A DNA stretch of 64,000 nucleotides from Candidatus Dormiibacterota bacterium (lineage in GTDB: Bacteria > Chloroflexota > Dormibacteria > Aeolococcales > Aeolococcaceae): positions 387 through 64,386 of the forward strand of contig DATBEL010000096.1 in assembly GCA_036276135.1 (NCBI GenBank), written 5' to 3'. The position numbers and the translations under genes were made by a program. This document shows positions 26,927-35,449 of the stretch, in pieces (positions within the stretch are counted from its first letter, which is position 1; every line of letters begins with the position of its first letter). The notes beneath the pieces are model-generated. The model was not told the DNA's origin, made no database searches, and saw only the letters and a program-made list of their open reading frames with translations.

Positions 26927-27130
26927 TCAGGCGGGGCGGCGGCGCGCGAAGTTGGCGCCGACGAAGCAGAGCACGGCGAGGGCGGCGGCGACGATGGCGT
27001 GCTTGTAATGGCGAGCGACGTCGCTCGCCAGCAGGCCGGTGTCGGTCGTCGCATAGAAGATGGCGAGCGCGGCGAAGAGCACGCCGATCAGGGCCAGCAG
27101 TGCGGCGAAAGCAGGGTTTCTGGTGTTCAT
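26927..27130 (-). CDS. Small two-TM membrane protein, hypothetical
   Basis: The 67-aa protein has two hydrophobic helices (FAALLALIGVLFAALAIFY and AIVAAALAVLCFVGANF). GC3 is high. Confidence 0.45.
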   Translation of the reverse strand: MNTRNPAFAALLALIGVLFAALAIFYATTDTGLLASDVARHYKHAIVAAALAVLCFVGANFARRRPA

Positions 27131-27152
27131 GGAGCTCCAGGCGCGTTCACGT

Positions 27153-28010
27153 TCAGTGCAGGACGATCAGCCCGATGACCCCGAGGATCGCACAGTAGGC
27201 GGCGAAGGGGTCGAGGCGGCCGATCTCGAAGTATTTGATGAGGAAGCGGGCGCTTGCGTACGCGATCAGTCCGGCGAGGGCGGCGCCAACGGTATAGAGC
27301 CCGAACGGGGCGCCGCTCCCGGGGAGTTGCGGCACCTCGAGGATCCCGGCGGCGAGGATGATCGGCGTCGCCAGCAGGAAGGCGAATCGCACCGCCTCAC
27401 CGTGGCGAAGCCCGGCGACCAGGCTGCCCGCCATGGTCACACCCGACCGCGAGATGCCCGGCAACAGGGCGAAAACCTGGAAGAATCCCACCAGTCCCGC
27501 GCGAGCGAAGCTCATCTGCTCGATGGTGCCGAACCGCTCTTCACGTTCCGCCTGACGCCCGGCCCCGCGGCTGCGCTCGTCTCTGCGGCGGAGCAGTTCA
27601 GCACCGGCGAGGACGGCGCCGTTGACGAGCAGGAAGATCGCCGCCAACCGAGGATGCGCGAAGAGCGACTTCAACGTCTTCTCGAGAAGGAAGCCGATCA
27701 CGCCGGCCGGGATGGTGCCGACCACCAGCAGCATCGCGAGGCGCTCTTCGGCGTTGTCGATTCGCCCGCGCACCGATGCGGTGACGAACCCGCGGACGAT
27801 CCGCCACCACTGGTCCCAGTACAGCACCACCAGGGCGACACCGGTGCCGATGTGAAGGAACGCGAGGAACGGCACGAAGCTGGACGCGGACGTGTCGACA
27901 CCGAGGTTGAAGAGAGCGGGGACGACCACGGCGTGGCCGAGCGAGGACACCGGGAAGAGTTCGGTGGCGCCCTGGAGTACGGCGAGAAAGATGACGAGGC
28001 CGGTGCTCAC
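27153..28010 (-). CDS. uppP: Undecaprenyl-diphosphate phosphatase
   Basis: ELFPVSSLGH and PGISRSGVTM are the BacA/UppP motifs. The start is GTG 28010 (ATG 28049 is the alternative). The rest of the 380-aa track ORF is read-through. Confidence 0.85.
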   Translation of the reverse strand: MSTGLVIFLAVLQGATELFPVSSLGHAVVVPALFNLGVDTSASSFVPFLAFLHIGTGVALVVLYWDQWWRIVRGFVTASVRGRIDNAEERLAMLLVVGTIPAGVIGFLLEKTLKSLFAHPRLAAIFLLVNGAVLAGAELLRRRDERSRGAGRQAEREERFGTIEQMSFARAGLVGFFQVFALLPGISRSGVTMAGSLVAGLRHGEAVRFAFLLATPIILAAGILEVPQLPGSGAPFGLYTVGAALAGLIAYASARFLIKYFEIGRLDPFAAYCAILGVIGLIVLH

Positions 28011-28127
28011 GCCGCCCGAGCCTAGCAGCCGGTCACGTCTGTACGGCATCGCCCCCACCGCCGCGACAGCGATGATGAGCGCGTGGAGCACGGCGAGGTC
28101 GAGCCGGCACAGCTTTTCCCGGCGGCG

Positions 28128-29420
28128 ATGCCCGTCGCAACGGTGGCTGCGCCGATCCCGCCACTGCGGCGCTGGCCCCCGCCGGCGCTGAAGATCCGGG
28201 CGTTCCGTTGGTACTGGATCGCCCAGTGGCCGACACTGCTGGGCACGTGGATGCAGGTGGTGGCGCTGGGCTTCCTGGTGTACGACCTGACCCACAGCAG
28301 CACCGCGGTCGCCGCCGTCGCCGCGGCCGACGGGTTGCCCGCCGTGGTCCTCTCACTTGGCGGAGGGCTGCTCGCCGACAGGCTGCCGCGGCGCCGCATC
28401 CTGCTGTTCACTCAATCAGTTCTCGGCATCAGCTCCGGTGTGCTCGCGGTGCTGGCGATCACCGGGCACGCCGGCTTCTGGTCGATCATCGCGGTGGCTG
28501 TCGTCTATGGGTCCGCGGACGCGCTCGACCTGCCGACGCGCCAGGCGATGGTTGCCGACCTCGTCGACCGCGAGCTCATCGTCAACGCGGTGGCGCTCAG
28601 CTCGACGGCGATGAGCGCCACCCGGATCATCGGCCCGTCGCTTGCCGGCCTGCTCATCGCCACCGCCGGACCGGGCGCGTGCTTTGCAGCGCTCTCCGTC
28701 GCCTACATCGCGCCGCTGGCGGTGCTGCTCACCGTGATCCCCGACGTCAAGCCGCTCCCGCGCGCCGCGGGAGCGACCGCCGTCGGCGAGCTGTTCGAGG
28801 GGCTGCGCACAGTTCGTCGCGACCCCATGGTGCGCGGCATCGTCATCGTCTGCGCCGCGCTGGCGTTCCTGGGTGTGTCGTACATGCCGTACCTGCCAAT
28901 CCTGGCCCGAACCCAGCTGCACGGCGGCCCCGCCGTCCTCGGGCTGCTGTACTCGATCGGTGGCATCGGCGGCGTCGTCGGCGGCATCGTCATCGCCACC
29001 ATCGGCAACACAGCGGGGAGGCGCCGGCTGCTGATCGTCGGCGGAGCGGTCTACGCGGTGAGCCTGTTCGTCGTGGCCCACTCGGCGGTGCTGCCCGTCA
29101 CCCTGGTGGCACTGGTCGGGATCAGCTTCGCCTTCCTGGCGATGAACACCTCGATGACGACACTGCTGCAGACCGAGTCAGACCCCCGGCTGCGCGGCCG
29201 GCTGCTCGGCATCTACGCGATGCTGTTCGCCGGGCTGCAGCCGCTGGGGACGGTGCTGTACGCGGCCCTCAAGCCGGCCGCCGGCCTGTTCAATGCAATC
29301 GGCTTCGGCGCAATCGTCGTCGGCGTGGTCGCCATCGCGGTCGGCATGTCGCCCAGCTTTCGCTCCGGGTTCAGTGCGGGCCCCCTCGCGCCGGGCCGGC
29401 CTCGCGCGGGTGCTGACTAG
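28128..29420 (+). CDS. MFS transporter
   Basis: About 12 TM segments. FRWYWIAQWPTLLGTWMQ and GGLLADRLPRRRIL match the MFS loop motif. The start is ATG 28128 (28083 is the alternative). Confidence 0.75.
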   Translation: MPVATVAAPIPPLRRWPPPALKIRAFRWYWIAQWPTLLGTWMQVVALGFLVYDLTHSSTAVAAVAAADGLPAVVLSLGGGLLADRLPRRRILLFTQSVLGISSGVLAVLAITGHAGFWSIIAVAVVYGSADALDLPTRQAMVADLVDRELIVNAVALSSTAMSATRIIGPSLAGLLIATAGPGACFAALSVAYIAPLAVLLTVIPDVKPLPRAAGATAVGELFEGLRTVRRDPMVRGIVIVCAALAFLGVSYMPYLPILARTQLHGGPAVLGLLYSIGGIGGVVGGIVIATIGNTAGRRRLLIVGGAVYAVSLFVVAHSAVLPVTLVALVGISFAFLAMNTSMTTLLQTESDPRLRGRLLGIYAMLFAGLQPLGTVLYAALKPAAGLFNAIGFGAIVVGVVAIAVGMSPSFRSGFSAGPLAPGRPRAGAD

Positions 29421-29431
29421 ACTGGACCCTC

Positions 29432-30355
29432 GTGCGCCGTGCCCTCGTCATCATGCTCGTCCTGCTGTGCAGCGGCTGCAGCAACGCATCGCCATCGCCA
29501 AGTCGCGGCAGCCAGGTGATCGCTCGGGTCGGCCCCACCGCCATCACCAACGACCTCTTCCAGGTCCGCCTGACCAGCGCGCTCACCTCGGTTGCCGACG
29601 CAGGTGGTCCCACCAACAACCCGGCGATGCGCAGCCAGGTCAGGGCATCCGTGTTGCGCAGCCTGATCATCGACACCATCATCGCCCAGGAGGCGGCCGC
29701 TGCCGGGGTCGCCGCCACGCAAACCGAGATCCAGGCACAGGTGCAGGCGGACACCTCGGCGGCCGGTGGCAGCGCCCAACTGCAGACCCAGCTCGCCAGC
29801 CTGGGCGGATCGATGGCGCAGCTCCACGACGAGATCGCCTCGTCGCTCAATGAGCAGAAGCTCGAAGACGTGTTTGCCCGACAGCGTGCTGTGGAGATCG
29901 AACAGAAGCTGGCGGCGGGGACATCGTTCACGGCGCTGGCAAAGCAGTACTCCGATGACAGTGCGACTGCGGCCAAGGGCGGCGAGCTCGGCGCCGTCCC
30001 GCGAACCCAGGTCCAGGGTGATGACCCGGTGTACGCGGGCCCGGTCCTGGCGCTGGCGCCCGGGCACTACACGACAGCCCCCGTCCGCGATGCCCAGGGG
30101 TACGACATCGTGCAGCTCGAGTCGTCCACGCCAGCGGCCCTGCGGCTGCGCCACATCGTGGTCAACGCACCGCAGCCGTACACGGTCAAGGAGCGCCCCG
30201 ACTGGTTCAGCGAGGCGATCTTCGAGTCCATCGCGCAGGACTGCAGCGCCAACCAGATCCACGTCTACATCGGCGATGTCGGTGACGACGTCTGCGCGGC
30301 CGCGTCGTCGAGCGCCTCGCCCAGCGCGGTGGCGCCCCCGACCCCCACCCCGTGA
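29432..30355 (+). CDS. Peptidyl-prolyl isomerase lipoprotein (SurA/PrsA parvulin-like)
   Basis: GTG start and lipobox LLCSGCS. A helical chaperone-like N-terminal half is followed by a parvulin-like segment (AKQYSDDSATAAKGGELG...GYDIVQLE). Confidence 0.7.
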   Translation: MRRALVIMLVLLCSGCSNASPSPSRGSQVIARVGPTAITNDLFQVRLTSALTSVADAGGPTNNPAMRSQVRASVLRSLIIDTIIAQEAAAAGVAATQTEIQAQVQADTSAAGGSAQLQTQLASLGGSMAQLHDEIASSLNEQKLEDVFARQRAVEIEQKLAAGTSFTALAKQYSDDSATAAKGGELGAVPRTQVQGDDPVYAGPVLALAPGHYTTAPVRDAQGYDIVQLESSTPAALRLRHIVVNAPQPYTVKERPDWFSEAIFESIAQDCSANQIHVYIGDVGDDVCAAASSSASPSAVAPPTPTP

Positions 30356-30915
30356 GGGCGTTCCTGGCGCTCCCGGTTGTCGCGCCGGCGCTCGGGCAGA
30401 TGGAATCGCTGTCGGAACTACTGAGGGCCGAGGTCGACGGAGTCCGTTGGGCGCCGGTGCAGACGGTGCACATCACCCTGCATTTCTTCGGCAGCATCGA
30501 CGACGACAGCGTTGCCCGCGCGGTGCAGGAGTTGCAGCCCGTGTTCGCCGCGCAGGCGCCGATCCGCCTCCGGCTGCGCGGCCTCGGCAGCTTCCCATCG
30601 GAGGCACGGCCGCGGGTGCTGTGGTGCGGTGTCGCCGGGGACACCAATGCGCTGCGTGACCTCGATCAGCGCTGTGCGGAGGCACTGGCGGCGGCCGGCC
30701 TCCCCGTCGAGCAGCGGCCGTTCCGGCCGCACTGCACGCTGGGGCGGCCGCGCCAACCGTGGTCGGAGACCGCGCGACAGCGATGGCGCGAGCTGGCGGC
30801 CCAGCAGCCATCGACCGACGGTTTCATCGCCGACGTCGCCGTCCTGTACGAGTCGGTGACCGGTCGATGCGGTGCGCGCCATCACCCTCGCATGACGCTT
30901 CCGCTGGGCGGATGA
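30352..30915 (+). CDS. thpR: RNA 2',3'-cyclic phosphodiesterase (2H phosphoesterase, ThpR/LigT family)
   Basis: The GTG overlaps the upstream stop (GTGA). HITLHFFG and HCTLGR are the two HxT/S motifs of the 2H family. Confidence 0.8.
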   Translation: MRAFLALPVVAPALGQMESLSELLRAEVDGVRWAPVQTVHITLHFFGSIDDDSVARAVQELQPVFAAQAPIRLRLRGLGSFPSEARPRVLWCGVAGDTNALRDLDQRCAEALAAAGLPVEQRPFRPHCTLGRPRQPWSETARQRWRELAAQQPSTDGFIADVAVLYESVTGRCGARHHPRMTLPLGG

Positions 30916-30956
30916 GGTCCTGCGTCACTCCCCCGGCGCGTACGCTGGTCATCACC

Positions 30957-31904
30957 ATGGACGCACGCCGCGCCGCGGCTGCCGCAGTGCTGCTCACCCT
31001 GACCGGGTGCGGACAGCCCGCGGCGGCCCCGACCCCGACGCCGGCCCCCCGGCTGTCCGCACCCGCGATCATCCAGGTGGAGAACTCGCCCGCCGGTCGC
31101 CCGCAATCCGGCCTGGCCGCAGCCGCCATCGTGTACGAGTACGTCGCCGAGGGAGGCATCGGCCGTTTCAGCCTGGTCTTCTTTGGCCCACCGCCGCCAT
31201 CTCAGTCGGTCGGGCCGGTGCGCAGCGTTCGCACGGTGACCGTCGCGCTGGCCGGCATCTACCAGGGATTCGTGGTCTATTCAGGGGCGTCCACGTACAT
31301 CTCCGGCCTGCTCAGCCGCGCCTCATTTCCCTCATTCAACGAGGACAAGGCGGCGGGCAACCTCTACCGCATCTCGTCGCGCGCGCCCCCGCACAACCTC
31401 TACACCGACGGTCGCCACATCGCCAGCCTGGCCGCCTCGGCAGCGCTCACGCCGGTCACCTACCAGCTCTGGCCTCGAACCGCGCACCCGGCCGGCGGCG
31501 TGCCGGCGACGAGATTCACCGCCCCCGTCTCCTTCTTCGAGCGCCCGCAGTTCACGTGGCGGGCGGACCGCGGCGGATTCACCCGCACCGAGGACACGGG
31601 GCTGATGCTGGACCCGGTGACCGGCCAGCCCCTCATCCTGCCGACTGTGGTCGTGCAGCAGGTGGCGGTCACCACCGATTCCAACGTTGTCGACGTCGAC
31701 GGCCAGCTCGGCGTCGACCACCAGGTGACCGGCTCCGGGAAGGCGCAGGTGTTCACCGGCGGCCGCGAGTACCAGGCCACGTGGACACAACCCGCGCACG
31801 GGCCGCCGCAGTTCGCGCTGTCCGACGGGTCGCCCGCGCCGATCGCACCCGGAGAGGTGTGGATCTCCCTGGTGCCGACGGGACAACCGGCGGTGGTCGG
31901 CTAG
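30957..31904 (+). CDS. DUF3048-like lipoprotein
   Basis: ATG 30957 (ATG 30912, overlapping the thpR stop, is the alternative). Lipobox LTLTGCG. IQVENSPAGRPQSGL...IVYEYVAEGGIGRFSLVF...PVRSVR resembles DUF3048. Confidence 0.65.
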   Translation: MDARRAAAAAVLLTLTGCGQPAAAPTPTPAPRLSAPAIIQVENSPAGRPQSGLAAAAIVYEYVAEGGIGRFSLVFFGPPPPSQSVGPVRSVRTVTVALAGIYQGFVVYSGASTYISGLLSRASFPSFNEDKAAGNLYRISSRAPPHNLYTDGRHIASLAASAALTPVTYQLWPRTAHPAGGVPATRFTAPVSFFERPQFTWRADRGGFTRTEDTGLMLDPVTGQPLILPTVVVQQVAVTTDSNVVDVDGQLGVDHQVTGSGKAQVFTGGREYQATWTQPAHGPPQFALSDGSPAPIAPGEVWISLVPTGQPAVVG

Positions 31905-32749
31905 CGGCACAACGCCTGCACGAGGCGATCGGTCGAGGACCCGAGCCCGTACGTCTGCACGAGGCCTGCCAGCGCCGTGGCGTCGGCGGGATACGACTCG
32001 CGGCGACCAGCGGGAAGCTCGACTGGTACGTCCTGCACGGGCTGCACCACGCGCATCGCCCGCGAGATGTAATCGCGCTGTTCGGGCCGCAGACCGCCAT
32101 CCCTGAGAAGGCCGGCGACGCCGCCGTACCTGGTGATGAGGCCTGCCGCAGTCACCGCCCCGACACCCTTCAGCCCCGGCAACCCATCCGAGGGATCGCC
32201 GCGGAGGACTGCGTAATCTGCGTACATGCGACCGGGGATGCCGTAGCGCCTGGTCACCTCGGCCTCGTCGACCACGGCGAGGCCGCCCTTCTCGGGGTAG
32301 AGAACGCGCACACGAGGGTCCTCGATGAGCCCGTACAGGTCACGGTCACCGCTGACGATCTCGACGGTGCCGGGGGCCTTGGCGGTCCAGGTGGCGATGA
32401 CATCCTCGGCCTCGTAGTCCGGCGTGCCGATGAACGCGATGCCGATCGCGTCGAGGAAGTCGTGGATGATCGGCATCTGCGGTTCGAGGTCGGGAGGGAT
32501 GGGCTCGGCGGCACGGTGCGCCTTGTACGCAGTGATCAGCTCAACGCGCCAGGCGGGGCGCCAGTCCTCGTCGCTGGCCACGGCGACGTTGGCCGGGCGC
32601 CGGCTGGTGATCAGGCGGGTCAGCGTCTCGAGGAATCCGCGGACGGCGTTGACCTGCCTTCCGTCCGGTGCGCGCACGGTCGAGGGAACGCCGTGGAAGG
32701 CTCGGAAGATGAGGCTCGACCCGTCGACGAACAACCAGTCGCAGGACAT
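31901..32749 (-). CDS. 5'-3' exonuclease (FEN / Pol I N-terminal domain-like)
   Basis: ATG 32749. Motifs are LFVDGSSLIFRAFHG, SGDRDLYGL and GLPGLKGVGAVTAAGLI (H3TH). The longer track ORF is read-through. Confidence 0.85.
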   Translation of the reverse strand: MSCDWLFVDGSSLIFRAFHGVPSTVRAPDGRQVNAVRGFLETLTRLITSRRPANVAVASDEDWRPAWRVELITAYKAHRAAEPIPPDLEPQMPIIHDFLDAIGIAFIGTPDYEAEDVIATWTAKAPGTVEIVSGDRDLYGLIEDPRVRVLYPEKGGLAVVDEAEVTRRYGIPGRMYADYAVLRGDPSDGLPGLKGVGAVTAAGLITRYGGVAGLLRDGGLRPEQRDYISRAMRVVQPVQDVPVELPAGRRESYPADATALAGLVQTYGLGSSTDRLVQALCR

Positions 32750-32765
32750 CGAATCGTCTGCCGGT

Positions 32766-35447
32766 TCAGAGCAACCGGGGCTCGGCACCCTCGGTGCGCA
32801 CCTGGTACAGCTCCAGCGCCGCGGTGACCACGTGGCGGGGGACGCGCTCGAGATCCGCAAGAACGTCGAGCGCCGCCACGGTGATGTGCCGTGCATCGAC
32901 CTCGAAGTGGTTGCGCAACGCCGCGCGCGTGTCGCTGCGACCATAGCCGTCGGTGCCCAGCGGCACGAAGCGCCGGGGCACGAAGCGGGCCACCTGCTCG
33001 GCCACCGTCTTCTGGTAGTCGCTGACCGCGACCACCGGTCCGTCGACGTCCTGCAACTGCTCCTCGATGTACGAGGTGCGTCGCGGTCCGTCGGGATGGA
33101 GCCGGTTCCAGCGCTCCACCGCGAGCGCGTCATTGCGTAGAGCGAGGTAGCTGGTGACGTTCCAGATGTCGGCCGCCACGTCGTGGTCGAGCAGCATGCG
33201 CTGTGCCTCGAGCGCTGCCGGCATCGCGGTGCCGCTGGCGAAGAGCTGGACTCGCTGGGCGCGCTCCTCGGCAGCCGGCTGGAGCCGATACAGCCCACGC
33301 AGGATTCCCTCCTCAACGCCGTCGGGCATCGGCGGTTGCGGGTAGTTCTCGTTGTAGAGCGTCAGGTAATAGAAGACGTCCTCGTTGCGCTCGTACATGC
33401 GGCGCATGCCCTCGCGGACGATCACCGCGACCTCGTATGCATACGCCGGGTCGTATACCTCGCAGTTGGGCACCGCCGAGAACAGCAGCGGGGAATGCCC
33501 GTCCTGGTGCTGCAGGCCCTCGCCGTTGAGCGTGGTGCGACCGGCGGTGGCGCCGAGCAGGAAGCCCCGACCCCGCGCGTCGCCGAACGCCCACACCAGG
33601 TCGCCGGTTCGCTGGTAGCCGAACATCGAATAGAAGATGTAGAAGGGTATCATCGGCTCGCCGTGGGTGGCGTACGCCGTTCCCGCGGCAGCGAAGCTGC
33701 CCATCGAGCCGGCCTCGGTGATGCCCTCCTCGAGCAGCTGGCCGTCACGCGCCTCCTGGTAGCTGAGCAGCATGCTGGCGTCGACCGGCTCGTACTGCTG
33801 CCCGAACGGCGCGTAGATCTTCACCTCACGGAAGAGCGCGTCCATGCCGAAGGTGCGCGCCTCGTCGGGGATGATCGGCACAATCCGCCGGCCCACCTCG
33901 GGGTCGCGAAGCAGGTTGCGCAGCACGGCCCCGAATGCGGCGGTCGTGGACGCGGGACGGCCCCCGCTGCCCGCCAGGGTGCCGGTCCACACCTCGTCCC
34001 CCGGCGGCGCCAGCGTGCGGTCGCGCACCACCCGCTTGGGCAGCGTGCCGCCCAGCGCGAGGCGCCGGCTCATCATGTAGTCCACCTCGTCGGAACGAGC
34101 GCCAGGGTGGTAGTAGGGCGGCACGCCCTCGCTGAGCTGCTGGTCGCTGATCGGCAGCTCCAGCTTGTCGCGGAACGCCTTCAGCTCCGCCTCGCCGATC
34201 TTCTTGATCTGGTGGGTGGCGTTGCGCCCCTCGAAGAGCGAGCCCAGAGTCCAGCCCTTGACGGTGTGGGCGAGGATCACAGTCGGCGCACCCTTCTGTT
34301 CCAGTGCGAGGCGGTATGCGCTGTACAGCTTGCCGTGGTCATGGCCGCCGCGGCGGAGGTGGCGCAGGTCGTCGTCGGAGAGGTGCTCGACGAGCTTGCG
34401 CAGCCGGGGGTCGGGCCCGAAGAAGTTCTCGCGGATGTACGCGCCGGTGTCGTCGGTGGAGTACTTCTGGAACTGACCGTCGTTGGTGCTGTTCATCTTG
34501 TCGACGAGCACGCCGTCGACGTCACGCGCCAGCAGCGGGTCCCACTCCCGTCCCCAGATCACCTTGACGACGTTCCACCCGGCCCCGCGGAAGATCGACT
34601 CCAACTCCTGGATGATCTTGCCGTTGCCACGGACCGGGCCGTCCAGCCGCTGCAGGTTGCAGCTGATCACGAAGACGAGGTTGTCGAGCTGTTCGCGCGA
34701 GGCCATGGCGATGGCGCCGGTGGCCTCCGGCTCGTCCATCTCGCCGTCGCCGAGAAACGCCCACACCCGCGACTCGCTGGTGTCGGCGATCTTCCTGGCA
34801 TAGAGATAGCGGTTGAACCGCGCCTGGTAGATGGCGTTGATCGGACCCAGGCCCATCGACACCGTCGGGAACTCCCAGAAGTCGGGCATCAGGCGTGGAT
34901 GCGGGTACGAGCTCAGGCCCTTGCCGCCGGTCTCGTGGCGGAAGTTGTCGAGATGTTCCTCGGTGAGGCGTCCCTCGAGGAAGGCGCGCGAGTACATCCC
35001 GGGCGCCGCGTGCCCCTGGTAGTAGATCTGGTCGCCGGGACGACCGTCGTCCTTGCCGCGGAAGAAGTGGTTGAAGCCGACCTCGTACAGCGACGCCGAC
35101 GATGCGTAGGTGCTGAGATGGCCGCCGATGCCATCGCTGCGCTTGTTGGCACGCGTCACCATCACCGCGGCATTCCAGCGCACGATCCGCCGGATGCGGC
35201 GCTCCATCTCCTCATCACCCGGGAACCACGGTTCCTCCTCGGGCGGGATGGTGTTGATGTACGGCGTGGACACCAGCGGCGGCACGCCGACATTGAGCTT
35301 GCGAGCGCGCTCGACGAGCTTGCCGATGACGAACCGCGCCCGCGAGACACCCTCGGTGGCGACGAGCGTGTCCAGTGATTCGAGCCATTCGACCGTTTCG
35401 TCGGGATCGCTGTCGGGGAGCTGGTGAAGGAAGGCGTCGAAGGTCAT
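32766..35447 (-). CDS. aceE: Pyruvate dehydrogenase E1 component, homodimeric type
   Basis: ATG 35447, 893 aa. Motifs are YQGHAAPGMYSRAFLEGRL and GDGEMDEPE (ThDP-binding), plus a transketolase-like C-terminal half. Confidence 0.9.
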   Translation of the reverse strand: MTFDAFLHQLPDSDPDETVEWLESLDTLVATEGVSRARFVIGKLVERARKLNVGVPPLVSTPYINTIPPEEEPWFPGDEEMERRIRRIVRWNAAVMVTRANKRSDGIGGHLSTYASSASLYEVGFNHFFRGKDDGRPGDQIYYQGHAAPGMYSRAFLEGRLTEEHLDNFRHETGGKGLSSYPHPRLMPDFWEFPTVSMGLGPINAIYQARFNRYLYARKIADTSESRVWAFLGDGEMDEPEATGAIAMASREQLDNLVFVISCNLQRLDGPVRGNGKIIQELESIFRGAGWNVVKVIWGREWDPLLARDVDGVLVDKMNSTNDGQFQKYSTDDTGAYIRENFFGPDPRLRKLVEHLSDDDLRHLRRGGHDHGKLYSAYRLALEQKGAPTVILAHTVKGWTLGSLFEGRNATHQIKKIGEAELKAFRDKLELPISDQQLSEGVPPYYHPGARSDEVDYMMSRRLALGGTLPKRVVRDRTLAPPGDEVWTGTLAGSGGRPASTTAAFGAVLRNLLRDPEVGRRIVPIIPDEARTFGMDALFREVKIYAPFGQQYEPVDASMLLSYQEARDGQLLEEGITEAGSMGSFAAAGTAYATHGEPMIPFYIFYSMFGYQRTGDLVWAFGDARGRGFLLGATAGRTTLNGEGLQHQDGHSPLLFSAVPNCEVYDPAYAYEVAVIVREGMRRMYERNEDVFYYLTLYNENYPQPPMPDGVEEGILRGLYRLQPAAEERAQRVQLFASGTAMPAALEAQRMLLDHDVAADIWNVTSYLALRNDALAVERWNRLHPDGPRRTSYIEEQLQDVDGPVVAVSDYQKTVAEQVARFVPRRFVPLGTDGYGRSDTRAALRNHFEVDARHITVAALDVLADLERVPRHVVTAALELYQVRTEGAEPRLL

Positions 35448-35449
35448 CT

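Noticed and set aside
31870-31904. LVPTG near the C-terminus of the DUF3048 lipoprotein as a sortase sorting signal
   Set aside because: No hydrophobic segment or basic tail follows it (only QPAVVG and then the stop). The protein already has a lipobox anchor.
33183-35378. 731-aa ORF antisense to aceE
   Set aside because: This is a shadow frame with no recognisable motifs. The minus-strand frame encodes a full-length E1 with its ThDP motif.
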